Shown: positions 1 to 12,708 of the stretch, one piece after another | How the letters are laid out: each line of letters opens with the position of its first letter | Position numbering within the stretch: the first letter of the stretch is position 1 | NCBI GenBank assembly: GCA_965649825.1 | Contig: OZ287699.1 | Coordinates: 682,001-746,000 of the forward strand | Origin: Penicillus capitatus | Taxonomy: Eukaryota > Plantae > Chlorophyta | Direction of reading: 5' to 3' | Length of the DNA stretch: 64,000 nt | Notes under the pieces: model-generated | Databases searched by the model: none | What the model was told of the DNA's origin: nothing | What the model saw: only the letters and a program-made list of their open reading frames with translations | Translations under genes and position numbers: made by a program

Positions 1-290
1 ACGACACTGCAGCGAAACGCATCGTGGATCATGACAGGACTGTGAATCGAACGCCTTGGTGACTGTCGCTTCAAAGCACCTACATTTGGCAATACTGACG
101 TGGCTTCTTGTTCTTCAAAAGCTCCAAAGCAGAGCTACGGCCATCCTCACTGACGAGACATCGCTGCAATCCACCTGGTTTTTGCCGTGATATCTGTTTT
201 CACAAATCGACGTTTCATTCGAAGTTTGACGAACAACCCTTCGGTATGCATCGTATTTCATTCTCGACACAAAGCAATGGTGTTGTAGAG

Positions 291-1349
291 ATGAAACTGC
301 GAAACCCTAGCTTTGTCGTTTTTTGCCTTGTAATTTTCTTCTCAAGTTTCGCGACTGGTGCTGAAAAGATTGCGTCGCGAAAAACGCTTCCTATTGATTC
401 AGCAGCAGCAGTTCGAGAAATCGCGGGACGTAATGGGCCGCTGAGTTTATTTCGTTTTCCCTTCAGTCGAAAAAAGAGTGGCGATAGTGAGGATGCCTCT
501 GAAGATGAAACATCGAAAACTGAAGAAGAAGAAGTCATTAGAGAGCAGGACCAGCAAATAGCCGGAGCCATTTTTCAGAAGTTCCAGCAAGAGTTACCGT
601 TGTTCGCCAGCCCCGATTCGTTGACAACAACAACAACAACAACACCTCAACATGTTGAAGTTGATCCTCCGGCGGCGACCCCATCTCCGACGGTGTCGAA
701 AGTTCCATCTCCGACGGTGTCGAAAGTTCCATCTCGCTCAGATCCGCCATCAGCGAGTCCAACCGACATCATTCCGTCAGAAGCAATAGAGGAGTTATCC
801 TCTGTGGCCCCATCATCTGAAGCAGCAGAAGCATCCGAACCTGAAGAACAAGTTGCTGTGCTATCAGAACAGTCAGACATAGAAGCACCTGTCCCAGAAT
901 CCGTCGAATCTGTAGATTCCACTGAATCTATTGAATCTGTCGAACCCGTAGATTCTTCCGCCCAAACTGTCGAATCTGTTGGATCTTGGCCGGCCCCCGA
1001 GAGGGAGGTGTATGAAGAAGAGCTTCTTGTCGCTGAGCCTCCCGGTAGTGAACCCGCAGTACCCGTGAGAGCCGTCACATCGGCTCAAACGCTGAGCAGA
1101 ACTGCAGAACTGTCGGAAACACTCTCCGCGTCACTGGATACGCATGAACAAGTGGAAGAAGAGGACAGCGAAGCTCCTGCCCCTGAAGATAATAAACATC
1201 GACACCGCATCGGTCGGAAGATGAGGATCGTTTCCTGGACACTGGCTAGCATCTGTATTTCATTGGTTGTTGTGGGGAATTTCCTCGGCATCTATTTTTC
1301 GTATATTCGTCCACGTCTCTCTCGAAGAACTGAATATACAGAGCTTTGA
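291..1349 (+). CDS. Single-pass Ser/Glu/Pro/Thr-rich (mucin-like) membrane protein
   Basis: Intronless ORF (track 108..1349). Likely start at ATG 291 giving a signal peptide (MKLRNPSFVVFCLVIFFSSFATG). Long low-complexity ectodomain, one C-terminal TM (IVSWTLASICISLVVVGNFLGIYFSYI), short tail ending YTEL (YxxL-type motif). Confidence 0.7.
   Translation: MKLRNPSFVVFCLVIFFSSFATGAEKIASRKTLPIDSAAAVREIAGRNGPLSLFRFPFSRKKSGDSEDASEDETSKTEEEEVIREQDQQIAGAIFQKFQQELPLFASPDSLTTTTTTTPQHVEVDPPAATPSPTVSKVPSPTVSKVPSRSDPPSASPTDIIPSEAIEELSSVAPSSEAAEASEPEEQVAVLSEQSDIEAPVPESVESVDSTESIESVEPVDSSAQTVESVGSWPAPEREVYEEELLVAEPPGSEPAVPVRAVTSAQTLSRTAELSETLSASLDTHEQVEEEDSEAPAPEDNKHRHRIGRKMRIVSWTLASICISLVVVGNFLGIYFSYIRPRLSRRTEYTEL
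681..728 (+). repeat. 24-bp perfect tandem duplication (PSPTVSKV x2) inside the mucin-like ORF
   Basis: ccatctccgacggtgtcgaaagtt at 681-704 and 705-728. Confidence 0.9.
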
Positions 1350-1600
1350 TGATGATGCATTATGTGAAATCGATCTGCAGTAACGTCTTTCTCAATCTCT
1401 GTGTGCGATCTGCAGCAGAACGGAACATATGCGGCACCTTTAAGTCTCACCTCGTTTAGTATGTTGACAGACATTAATTGTATATCTCCTTTACCTGCTT
1501 GTCGAACTGTTGAAGATGAGGCAGCGAAACTAGATCATTCCAAATCATCACCTGTCTGACATTTCAATCCTTCCGTTTAAAGACTCCGTCGTTTTTCGAT

Positions 1601-2601
1601 ATGACATCCATCCAATACACTGAGCTCTTCCTGCGCGACAACGCATGGATAAATGCCCTCGTTCTCGACCGTCTACCTCCTTTCGTTGCGGAATCTCTTC
1701 CGCTCTTCTTTCGAACGTGGCTGCGGAACTTTGTATTCGCTTCTGCCGTCTACTTCGGCGTCGGTGGACTCTGGTGCTACTATGTCTACTACTGCTTCCG
1801 TTTTCGATTCTACAAAGACGGGAAGATCCCGTCGGTCGGAGACGTACTCCAACAAGTCTTCAGGACCTCAACGAAATGGCGCCGATCGACTGATTTCCCT
1901 CCCATATATGTCACTGTAGATTCGTGTGGCTTGCTCGGCCTTGCCTCTGTATTCCCTGCTGCCGACCGTGACAGACTTCATCGTCGAACGAGGATACACA
2001 TTGGCCTATCCTCGTGTCGATGATGTCGGTCTATTAATGTACGTTGTCTATTTCTTCGCCTACATGGCACTGGTGGAAATTGGAGTCTACTGGATGCATC
2101 GTCTTCTGCACGATATTAAGCCACTTTATCAAGGGCTTCATGTGTACCATCATATCTACAACAAGCAGCACACGCTCTCTCCATTTGCGGGTAGGAGATA
2201 TCACTCTTCTGTTCTTCTGGAATCGCATGCGTGTGTTGTGTTGTTATAGGATTGGCGTTTCATCCAATCGATGGGATGCTGCAGGCTACGCCATACGTCT
2301 TTGCATTATTCATCGTTCCGATGCATTACTTTACGCACGTTCTGTTACTATTCATGACAGGTGTGTTTGAATCTGAGATGCATGAAGGAGATCGTGAGTG
2401 GAGTGAGTGTCTGTGTGTTCAGCGGTGTGGACGACGAATATTCATGATTGCATCGACGGCAAAACAGATCCAGTAATGGGAGCTGCTTATCACACGATCC
2501 ATCACACGTCCTACCGTAACAACTACGGCCAGTACTTTATTTTCATGGATTGGTTGTTCGGAACTCTTTTGACGCCGGAGGAATCCAGAGTAAAAAAATA
2601 A
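1601..2601 (+). CDS. STE1: Delta7-sterol C5(6)-desaturase (fatty acid hydroxylase superfamily), 4 exons
   Basis: Three His boxes ([22 protein letters not shown]), [18 protein letters not shown]-type motif and [16 protein letters not shown]. Three GT-AG introns (donors GTCTTC, GTAGGA, GTGTGT) join the ORF pieces in frame. Confidence 0.92.
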
Positions 2602-3080
2602 AAAATCGGTGTCGGACATCTGGGCAGAATTGGACTTCTGGATGTCCAGAGGGTGGATGTATCGATATCGCAAAGAGACTGAATGCAGTAAGTGCGTGAT
2701 GGTATTGCATGCTTAGATAATAAATGGTCGAAACGAATGGAGAACGAACAGGTACAGCAACGGAATATTATTGCAATGGTTTGATGTTATTATTTCACTG
2801 CCAAATGAATGTTCGAAAGAGATAGATGCTGCTGTGCCCTTCGTGCAATGTGTTGCGCTTTGGTGAAGAGTCCATGACACTAAACTACAGTCTCGGTCGG
2901 CAATCTCATTGACGTTCGTTGAAATGCTCTATAAAGACTCTTCTTGACATCCAAGACAGTCAAGTTCTCCTTGACTCTCTCGCCAAACCTGAGCTCGCTG
3001 TGTACAAGACAAACAGCAACATGCAGATGCCCTACAGAGAAAGACATTCAAGACGCATCTGTCTGAAGAGCGTTTAGAGA

Positions 3081-4459
3081 TCACATGGACATGTCTTCTG
3101 TCCCACTGAAAGTGGCCGATTCTCCGCTGTGACGACTGCTACTGTAATCAAATTCCCCTTCATCGAGTAGATCATCTAGGCTCTCTTCATATTGCTCTAG
3201 TTCATCTCCAAGCAATGTGAGGCGGGCTACAAGAGTGATCCATCCATGCTGCAGAAATCCGAGAGATTCGTCTTCCATCGCCTGGCTTGACAAAAAGCCA
3301 TCCCATCCGTGACTCATCCCTTCGCTAATCGTCTCGAGAAAAACTAGAGATGGGGGCAACACCCACCCACCCACATATAAATGTCTGTTATGGACTGACT
3401 CGCGCGTTCACTCACCTTTTGCAACATCTTCATCTGAGGAGTACTGGTTTTCTGCACGCAGTTCAAAATGGACACAGACGGACTGTTTGCTACGGTTCAC
3501 GAGATAAACACACAATTCCTCAGAGTTGGTTGCACAACCGTTGGGATATGCCTCCAATCTCCTGAAAACGAAAGCGATGGCATCAGAGAAGTGGATTCTT
3601 TCAAAAGACGATCCAGACCATTTCGTGTCGCCGACGATAAAAGTTTCTGTCAATGCCACCAGAGGACTCATGTCTTTAATATGCCTGAGCCTCCACTGTG
3701 TATGCACATTTAGGTACGCGACGCTAGGGAGGAGGTCTAATGATTTGCTTACGGTGCACACTGCTGAGTTTCCATCCACTTGAAGCACATGAGTCTCATT
3801 CTCTTGCAAGATGACTCTCATATCGACAACCAAAGTGAAGTAATCTTCGCGCAAGAAGCCAGAATCTGGTTCAGCAATGGAAATCACTTTGGCAACATTC
3901 CTCCAACCCTCTCCATCCGCTGGTGAAAACAATGTGTTTCGATAACCTCCATGCAAAACAGAAGAGCTACTAAGCGCCAGTTCTTGCCTTGATAACAAAC
4001 ATCTACCATGTCTCTTGCTTTTGGTGTCGTCAATGAAATTGAGTAGTGTAATGGTAAAGTGCAGTGTCACGCAGGACATGTTCTCGGAGAAGAGATATAC
4101 TCCCAAGAATCCATCTTGATGGTGTTCAATTGTTATTGACCTGAAATGGCAACTGTCAGATGCACTACATACTATGATGTGCGTCGTGCGATACCACTCG
4201 CGATCGTTCAATTTGAATGGCGAAGTCGCCACCCAAGATCCTGTACTGTCGAGTAGTCGTCGATGCACGTCACACTACAATCGCTAGGCATCCGACGAGG
4301 CAGCAACGAGGAGAAACGGCGCACTTCATATCGTCCAAAGAAGTTATTTGGTGTCAATCTAAAGAAGTACGCAGTGTCGTTGCTCACTCCCTGTCCAGCT
4401 GCTTGACAGAATTGGTGCAAATGGGGGTTGTCGGTTAAAGACGCACTTTGGACGGACAT
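3081..4459 (-). CDS. Tandem MATH (TRAF-like) domain protein, multi-exon
   Basis: Two MATH signatures (SPFKLNDREW..GFLGVYL..GWRNVAK..SGFLRED; FIVGDTKWRLEAYPNG..LCVYL..GWDGF..GFLQHG) and an acidic tail. The 5' exon junction is not resolved. Confidence 0.75.
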
Positions 4460-4844
4460 GCCGCCTCCACTTCACCAAAATCTATCTTCAGCTATCTTTG
4501 AGATTCTAGACAGGATGCAATTGCAGCCGTCCTGTAAAAGATACAGCGCCACCACACCGAATCGGACCAGACCAAACGGACAAACAGTCGAACTGTCGTT
4601 ATCGGATTGGATGCTAAATTTCAGAAAATCAATACGCTGCCGCGTGATTAACTTCCCTTCGGAAGCAGCATGACGTGTCAAAATCGTCTCCCGCCCATAT
4701 ATATCCCTGAAGTCCTTTCTTCCTTGGGACAAAGTCTACCACTGTATCCCTTTCTCCGTGTTTTGGAGACGACTCCCGTCTGTACCCGTCCCAACTGCCA
4801 GTTAACTCGGCTCGTATCTTTCGGGAAACGAACGCATTGCCGAT

Positions 4845-5887
4845 ATGGGAACGACTCCAACAGCCGAGGAGCTCGATAACATCTCCCTGTGCGCTCAGAA
4901 GCTTTGGGACTTGGATGATAACAAGCTCGAACCGGAAGTGGACTACGGGATTAACGTCCAGGAAGGAAAGCGCTCCTTCTGGCGAGAAGATGTCGCCGAG
5001 AATCGTCTGTTCCGTGGCGTTTCGCGTGCTGTCTGGGAAAAACCAAGCTATCGTGCTTTCTATGCTCTGCTCGACAACTACACCAAGTACTTACTCCTTC
5101 GTACTTGCATGTTCGTTCAGACTGCCATGCTTTGGTGTAAGGGAGACGGGTGTTACGGAGATCATGACAGACGACGAACGTCGCGAGTCGCAGGTTTTTA
5201 TCGACGAGGCAGTGGCATCGGCGCCCATGCGTTACGTGCACAACTATCTCGTGTCTAAAGTTCACTCCGAGCATGAGACAACACAAACTGAGCCTTATAT
5301 GGTCTTTGCTTAGAACTTGGCCAATGCCGACGAGACGGAGTTTAAAAGAATGCTCTTTGATCTCTGGTTCGGTTTCTTTCGCAGAGATGCGGCAAACGAC
5401 TCTAGTGGATTTGAGCATGTCTTCGTTGGAGAATCGGACGACAATGAAACCAAAGGCTTCCACAACTGGATTCAGTTTTTTATCGAGGAATCGAATAACA
5501 GAGTCGACTACAGAGGCTACATCTTTCCGCGTTCGAGAGGATCGGAAGTATGTTGTGTGCTCGCGATGCAAATCTAACGAACATGTGTTGCCGTAGCCCG
5601 ATGCGTACGAACGCTTGTTGACGATCCAACTCGCTTGGGATGGTGAAATCAAGAATGTCACTAGTTTGTTTATCGGATCTTCCCCCGAGTTTGAAGTGGC
5701 ATTGTATACGTTGTACTTTTTGGCGGGTGAGCAACACAATGAGGTTCGTCTGCTCAACTATCAAGTGGACGTCCGGTGAGTGCATATCTGCTGCTTCGAA
5801 ATGTACTAACGCCTCCAGTACAGTTGTTACAGGATTCATGGAAACCGCATTGGCACAACGTATGCTGCGATTTTAGATGAGTTTTGA
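4845..5887 (+). CDS. ENDOU: Poly(U)-specific endoribonuclease EndoU/XendoU family, 5 exons
   Basis: KLWDLD, YALLDNY, catalytic DSSGFEHVFVGE and GFHNWIQF, FIGSSPEFEVALYT. Four GT-AG introns; TGA at 5885-5887. Confidence 0.92.
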
Positions 5888-8873
5888 TTTTCTTTGGGGG
5901 TCAAGCATGATTCACATCTTCTCACAGAACACATACCCTGTCCACATTCCATCCGCATCGTTCGCCGAAGAGACATCGCTTCAGCAACAATCGATTCCAC
6001 AACAACACAATGACATCAAACCATTACCAACCAGTATCATTAATCTTTCAAGTGCATGTGGAACATGGAAATCGGCAATGTCCGTCGTTTAAAGCAGAAA
6101 GACTCTCCTGGACTGACCCATAACTGTCAGCTTGTCTGTATGTGCTACGAGGCGTTTGATATCCGGTGCTAGAATATATATCTCGAGCCACTTGCAGCGG
6201 GTGGTGAATGCACACGATTCAGCAGCATCAGGAGTTTCCGTCTCTTTCCAAAAACGGTGTGGGGACCAACTAGAAGAAAGTATAGAAGTTTTCAAATGCG
6301 CTGAGATCGACGAAATTAGAATCACGACCGCGCATGATCGAAAACAGTTAACGACTCGGCAATCGAAGATGTCCAATTAAATCGAAACCACGATGGGTCG
6401 AACCTAAGTCGATCGAAGTCGGACAGATCGAGAATGTCACTGAACGAACAACCATTCAGATATCGACATCCAAGTGAACGCGTAATGCAAGGAAAAATGA
6501 CCAGCGGAACTGACTAGTAGAAAATCGATCGGCTCGATCTCGATTGGGAGTGATCAATCCATTCATTCGACGCAAAGAGATCGATCAGATCTGACTTCGA
6601 TAAAAAGCGATTGATCGTCTCTAAGGCGTGTTCATACCCATCAGCTGCGTCGATATTATGATAGAGATTGAAGATAATCTGATTGTTAATTCTGTTTGTT
6701 CAGTTTTAATCTATGTTTCGGATGCTTAAGGTTTTGGTGGGGCCTGTATCCTGGTATTCATTTGTTAATTTAACATGGATTAGCATGTAATTTTGCTCCT
6801 TTAATCCTCGATACACGATCGTTGCTGATCGAACGTTTTGTCCTTTGTGAATTTCTGATCTTTTATGGTTAGTCGATTCGTGGTCATATTTTTCCGACAT
6901 AATCTCAACGATCGATGGCGCGATAAGGCACATGATAAGATCATCGACATAGCACGCGCGCTGCACGACGATCAGGGATCTAGGGGCACATACTGAGGAA
7001 TTATCAAGTTTCGAGCCTGTACGTTTAGAAGAAAATCACGAAATTGGAATCGGGGAGCTTCTCGTGAGGCGAACATTTCCCAACAGCGCCTAACGAAGAT
7101 AGACCGCTCGATCGAAGACCTCATTCATATACGATGACACAGCGATCGATCGATCGATCATTGCGAGCAGTCATGTTATACGTCGCGACCAGCGAGTTCG
7201 ACGACCATTTGCTTTGTTTCACGATCGATGCACCAAATCCGTTCTACGACGATCGAACAAAGCACATGCTTTTAATGATGAATAATGTGTAAAACGATCG
7301 CTCACATTTCCTTGTCGATGGATAGAGATGAACGAAACCCCCTCACGAAAATGTCAAATGAAACTGTGTGTTGGAGAACTAGGGAGAGATTCTCAGAATA
7401 GATAATACGATTGTTGATCGATGTGAGAGAAAGCGATTTACGTTGATGTCCGTTTAGCTGACAGCGACGATGTAGTATCGAAAAGACGAATCTCTCATAC
7501 GCAAGCACATGATTCGATGGGTGTTTGCTCGAATATGACGTCGATTAGATCGATCGCGATCATATACTCGTCATCTGTGACGTTCGATTGCACAAGAATG
7601 AAGTTATCCCGGTCTCATTTTCGTTTTGTAACAGCGATAGACCATCGCCGACATTGGACTGTCGACGAACGACATTTTCATAGTATTTAATAGTCCGAAA
7701 CAACATAACAGGTCAGTCAATTCACGACTTGAATCTTCATCGCGACCACGATCGGGATGTGTTTTATGACATACCGTAAAGATCGCCCGTGTTCTGTTCC
7801 GAGTTGTACAGCTTAAGAACGGTCTCTCGAAGAACAGACGCATCGACTCTTATCGAACCCTTCAGAAGGAAGCATTCTAAAAACGCGGTTGGATTGCCTT
7901 CCTTATCTGTTGCTGTCCATTTCTAGATATCGCTCAATCCTCTGAACTTCTTCATCGGGTCTAACATCTATGCGGCGCAGCCGAAGTCGCACCATGCATC
8001 CAGATATTTGGCAGTTCTGTCGAAGCACGAAATGTGTTGAGGCTGACCCGCTTTTCCCCAGTGCAATCGCGCCTCCGATTGTCTGTTCAACGAACCATGC
8101 GAACTGTGAACTTCAGGAGAATCCACCCGTTCGGCGACGATTCCGTTTGATACTCGGTCAAGTAATTCAGCAACATTCGCTGCTAAACGCCGGCGGCCAC
8201 CATTACTGTCTGCTTCTCTTGGTCGAAATGAATTGGAAATTACGGCGATTGCTCCAAAGATGCCAAGCTCCGTCCCGAGTAGCCGGAACAAATCGATTCG
8301 CATCGACAAACATCGATAGATCCGGGACTAACTATATGGAGCGCATGGGTGGATATTCCGTCATCAGGACCTTCACGGAGTTCTTGTCATCTTTGCTGCA
8401 GAACTGTTCTATCTCCCACAAATGTCCAACGCCGACGCTTTCACTAGCGCAAACGCCTGGACTGTTTGTCTTGGTTCTTCGACGGACTGTGGTTTGAGGA
8501 TCCTAAGAAACGCTGTTTCACATTCGTGATATTCTATGATCGACGTGTCCAGACAGCCTTTACAACAAAAGCTCATCTTGAGAATTGCTGAGCTCGTCTG
8601 GCAAGCCACAGAAAGTGTGAGCGGCTTCGGAATCCATCCGACACTTCCCTTGTGCGATATAACAAATGGACGGCAACAGCAAAATCGTCAGACGACTATC
8701 ATTTCTCTTGCGCATTAAGCGAGGACAACAGATGAAAGATCCTTACGTTTCTGAAGGAAAAACGAGACGATGTCGCCCTGGACGGTTCTTGCGTACAGTG
8801 GCAGTATTAACGTCGTTTCATTTGATGCGACCGCTTCGTCAACGTTCACACTGACCCGTATTCAAAACAGCCG

Positions 8874-9598
8874 ATGAAGTCAACCAGCTTTATCCCATGC
8901 ATCGCGTTGATGCAGCTTATCATCGGCCTTTCTCTTCTTGGCATCTATGAATCGTACAAGGCGTGTCTTTATTGATCTGCTACCGTCTCTAAGATGGCGA
9001 CCCTTACAGGTGTCCTACTTCGAGGATAAACCAAGCATCCGTGCAACGGGGACGAACACGAACGACGGAAAAAGTATAGAGCTGTTAGTCTTGTGGGTTT
9101 TTTGTGACATACCGTGGGCTTCTGTTTTGTAGACAGGACAATCAGCTTTTCGTCAGGTTCTGTGTCCACTCCAGTGGACAGGCTCTTCTATCTGGCCACC
9201 TTCACCAATGTTTTCTGCCTGTTCTTCTGTTTGGCCGGGGTGTTGAACGCTCTGAGGGAAGTCATCGCTGGATTCTTCATCTTCAATGCAATCGAGGTTG
9301 TATTGAGCTTTCATTTGTTAGTGGACGTGTGGACAGATGCACGCATCAGGTCACATCACGCTTCGCTCATCGTTGAGTGATGTCAATCGTCGACAGGAAA
9401 TGGAGTGAAGGGGATCTGAAGGGGCATGAGAAGGCCGCAATCGCCTTCATGTTCTTCAATTTCCTCCTTTCCTTCAGTGGGACGTTTTTGGCAGTAAGGG
9501 CCCTGCAGGACGTGCGATCGAAGCAGAAGGAGGAGTACAATCGGTTGTCCGTCATCTCAGACAATCTGCAGTTCGAACCAGACAGTGATAGACTCTAG
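8874..9598 (+). CDS. Small four-TM membrane protein of unknown family (~190 aa, 4 exons)
   Basis: Reconstructed: MKSTSFIPCIALMQLIIGLSLLGIYESYK | VSYFEDK..DGK | NRTISF..DARIR | KWSEG..DRL*. First intron 8961-9009 must be GC-AG to keep frame. Four hydrophobic segments. Confidence 0.6.
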
Positions 9599-10923
9599 TG
9601 CTCTTCGTAAATTCGCCGTTTATTATCCTTCTTCTGAAGCTCCTCCACCTGAGATTCCTCAATCTCCTCACACTTGGATATGACAATCGACGACGCGGGC
9701 TCTCCACTCTCCTCGTTTCCTGTGGACAGAGAGAGTCATCCATTTCTCTCATCGTGCGACATCGATCACCTTGTGCTTCAATCCTCGCCAACAGATCCAT
9801 CCCATGAAGCACTTTGCCAAAAACAGATCTCTGCGTACAGAAAAATGAGACACAAAGGGGTCGCTGGAAGAAACCTTCTGATCAAACTCCGGCAAAGGAT
9901 TGAACGAGAGCATGAAGACTGCGATTCCACGATTGGGATCGACACTCAGCAGACCTGGACCAACATGCTTCAATCCCATGCGTTCTGCCTGCGTAACAGA
10001 ATCCAGACGTAAACCAGAAAGGGCACCAACGACAGATCGTACCTTTAAAGTCTCTTCATAAAAGCTATCGTCTTCGTTCGCGGCTCTGTCTATCAGTCCG
10101 AACTCTGCATACCGAGCAGGGTACACATTTCCAAACCGGGCGTTTTCAAGATCATCCTCCTCTGCATAGAGACCATGCATCGTCAACCCGCTATGCTTGA
10201 CTTCGGCTCTTACGGCTCTCTAAATCTCGGCGTCCATTCACAAAAGACAGAAAATTCTGCACAGCTTCCGGAGCCGCCTTTCCAAACAGGCCAAAGATCA
10301 GTATTCCAGCATCTCTGCCGTCGATTTTTATGTCGACGTATGCCTGCAATCGCACGATATTGCATCAGGGTTTCATTAGATATCGATCAGACCCTCTGAG
10401 TGATCGTCGTATCAAAGACATCCTCCTCCAACAGATGATCAAAGCTTTCGTATCCCGTGTATTTCTTCTCCAGGACAAGTATGAGACATTTGGATTCATC
10501 TGTCTCCTTCGAAGCATCCATGAACCAGTAGGTTCCTAGAAGTGAATAGAAGGAGCGTAAGAGCTGTCTGGATGGCTGCATTAAGACCATCGACATCGAT
10601 TTCTTTATCCAAAGTCCCGGAGAGGTGAGATGTGCCATCGATTGAGAGGTCCAGACGCCTGGGATGCACCTCTAACTCGACAGACTTCTTCGAGACGTTC
10701 TTGGCGACTTGAAGTTCCACTGTCACCTCATCTGTATCCTGCGTCCACTGCACCTTCGACTCTGGAGCCTGGATCACGCCAGTATTGCTCAGACCGCCCG
10801 ACAGGTTGTTGGCGATACGGCTTTTAGAAGGGCACAAGTCTGGATCCGTGGCCGTCTCAGATCTGCTCGCCATCGACGTTTAATACGAAGGCCGCCGAGG
10901 GGGCGCGAGAGAGCGAACGGCAT
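9595..10923 (-). CDS. Putative plastid-targeted CS (p23/NudC-like) domain + cyclophilin-like domain protein, 8 exons
   Basis: Arg/Ser-rich N-terminus (MPFALSRPLGGLRIKRRWR..). CS motif QWTQDTDEVTVELQV..LSGTL. Cyclophilin fold motifs AYVDIKIDGRDAGILIFGLFGKAAPEAVQNF, KHVGPGLLS and VFGKVLHGMDLLARIE. Seven GT-AG introns. Confidence 0.8.
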
Positions 10924-11827
10924 TTCGAACTTCACAGAGACGAAGCCGAAGGGAACCACGCAACTGATCGATAAATCGCTTGGCCTACACGAAATCGATA
11001 CGGCAAATACGACTGTCAATCTACGGAGAATCGATCTATCGATTCTTTATCAGTCTACAATTCCGCTGATCGAATACTATAACGCCGGTCTGTTAGATCA
11101 TAGAACGTCACTGTTGATTGACGTGCCGTTACTATATAAAACCATTTACCGATGTTCCTGTAAGAATACCCGTGCGATTCGTCTCTATTCGTGGCCTCGA
11201 CGCGCTCAGATCTCTGCAACACCCTTAATCCTAACAAGTATTTGATCAATCGCCTGCGAAAAACATCGATGATCGATTGCAAAATCGAGACCGATCGAAG
11301 ATCGTGCATCTATCGAAGCTTGATCGTCTGGTCTAATTAGTAGCTCATTCGGGAGGCATAGTGTTTTCGATCGCCTCGTGAATTTCGATCGAAGCGCGAT
11401 CTTTGTGGCGGCGATGCGGCGTATTGATCGTGGTTTCTGAAGAGTCTGCTTCTTCGGATCTCTGTCTGCATGAAGAACAGAGTTCCGCGAGGACGAAGAG
11501 ATGAATGCGACTGAGATGGAGAGTAAAACGACGACATGCGTAAAATGAAAGTCATGTATGTTAGATAGCCACTGCTCAGCTATGCCTCAGACTCAATGTC
11601 GATTTCGAATACCATATGCTAGTAAGCTTGCAACAGCTACAGCTATTGATTCTATCGGTGACGGCTGAACATCATAGATTTGCCGATGGGTTCTCCTCCT
11701 AAGTGAGATAGCGTTGTCATTAAAACGACAATATAGGATTCAGACAGGTCGAGAGTATCTTCTTTTTTATTCGGATTGCCGTTTGTTTTCCGTCTTCTTT
11801 TCCATTTGTTCAAAAATTTCATCTCTT

Positions 11828-12489
11828 AATACGTTCTGTAAACCGCTTCCCCCGTCCGATCCGGCTGAAAAAGCAAAAGTCGTTGTTGCATGCACATCCC
11901 CTATCCTTCGATGGATGCTCGGCCCAGGTGTTACAGCGATGCTTCGAAGCCATCGTAACATACATGAAGCAACGAAACTACACTTATTCTATGGTAGGGT
12001 ATCGATCTGTTTATCAGCATAAATCATCCGAATCGTGTCACAGAGGAAGGAACTGGAGAATCGACATGCTCAGCAGCAGATCGAAGAAATCAAAATATGT
12101 TCGACCGACTGGAGCATCAGATCAGCACTGCGTGCCTTCAGGCAGAGATGGTCCTGTGGGATGCATATCTGGGTGCGCAGAGATACGCGGCAACAGACGC
12201 ATTCACTCTCGCAGGTACTGCTCCTCGGCAACTGGTTCTGTCTGCAAGTGCCACGTTTCACCAGATGCGATGTTGGCGCCGATGCTCTTGATTCTAGGAA
12301 GGTTTGGAATGACATTCAAAGACTATCTATCCTAACGTAAAAAGTACTGCGAGATGATACGGGCAAGCACGGATCTCGCTTGTTCGTCCCTGAGCTGCGT
12401 GTGTTCAGGAGTATCCATCTGTGACGAAGACCTCTCCCCCACACTGGGTTGGCGCCGAACCTGCATACTCGTTCATGGATTGTCTGTAG
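11828..12489 (+). pseudogene. Glutathione S-transferase-like gene, damaged (C-terminal domain recognisable)
   Basis: Spliced read: PLPPSDPAEKAK|VLQRCFEA..|..EEIK|AEMVLWDAYLGAQRYAATDAFTLA|DAMLAPMLLILGRFG..KKYCEMIR|EYPSVTKTSPPHW. In-frame TAA at 12333-12335, an intron starting ATATGT (12095), and no recognisable N-terminal thioredoxin-fold exons. Confidence 0.65.
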
Positions 12490-12708
12490 TCTTGGATATT
12501 CTTTCTTCGATTTGAATGACACTTGGCAATAGATGCCATTTGGGTGGCAGTAGTTTACAATCGAGCTTCTTTGTGGTTCTCCGAGTCCTGCATGTTTAAA
12601 CCGAGTCGATCGAACACACCTCTAGCAACCTGGACTGGGATGCATAAGGGATGTCTTTTTTCGCTTTTTCGACGCGTTCGTTATCGCGAGCTACATCGTC
12701 TACTGTGC

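Noticed and set aside
5890-7600. Short ORFs at 6089-6380 and 6706-6966; possible tRNA/snRNA/SRP RNA
   Set aside because: No recognisable protein motif, coherent exon chain or RNA-gene signature.
7968-8637. Possible small multi-exon gene on the minus strand (MDSEAAHTFCG..HLWEIEQFCSKDDK..)
   Set aside because: Splice sites are plausible but the reading is ambiguous and has no homology support.
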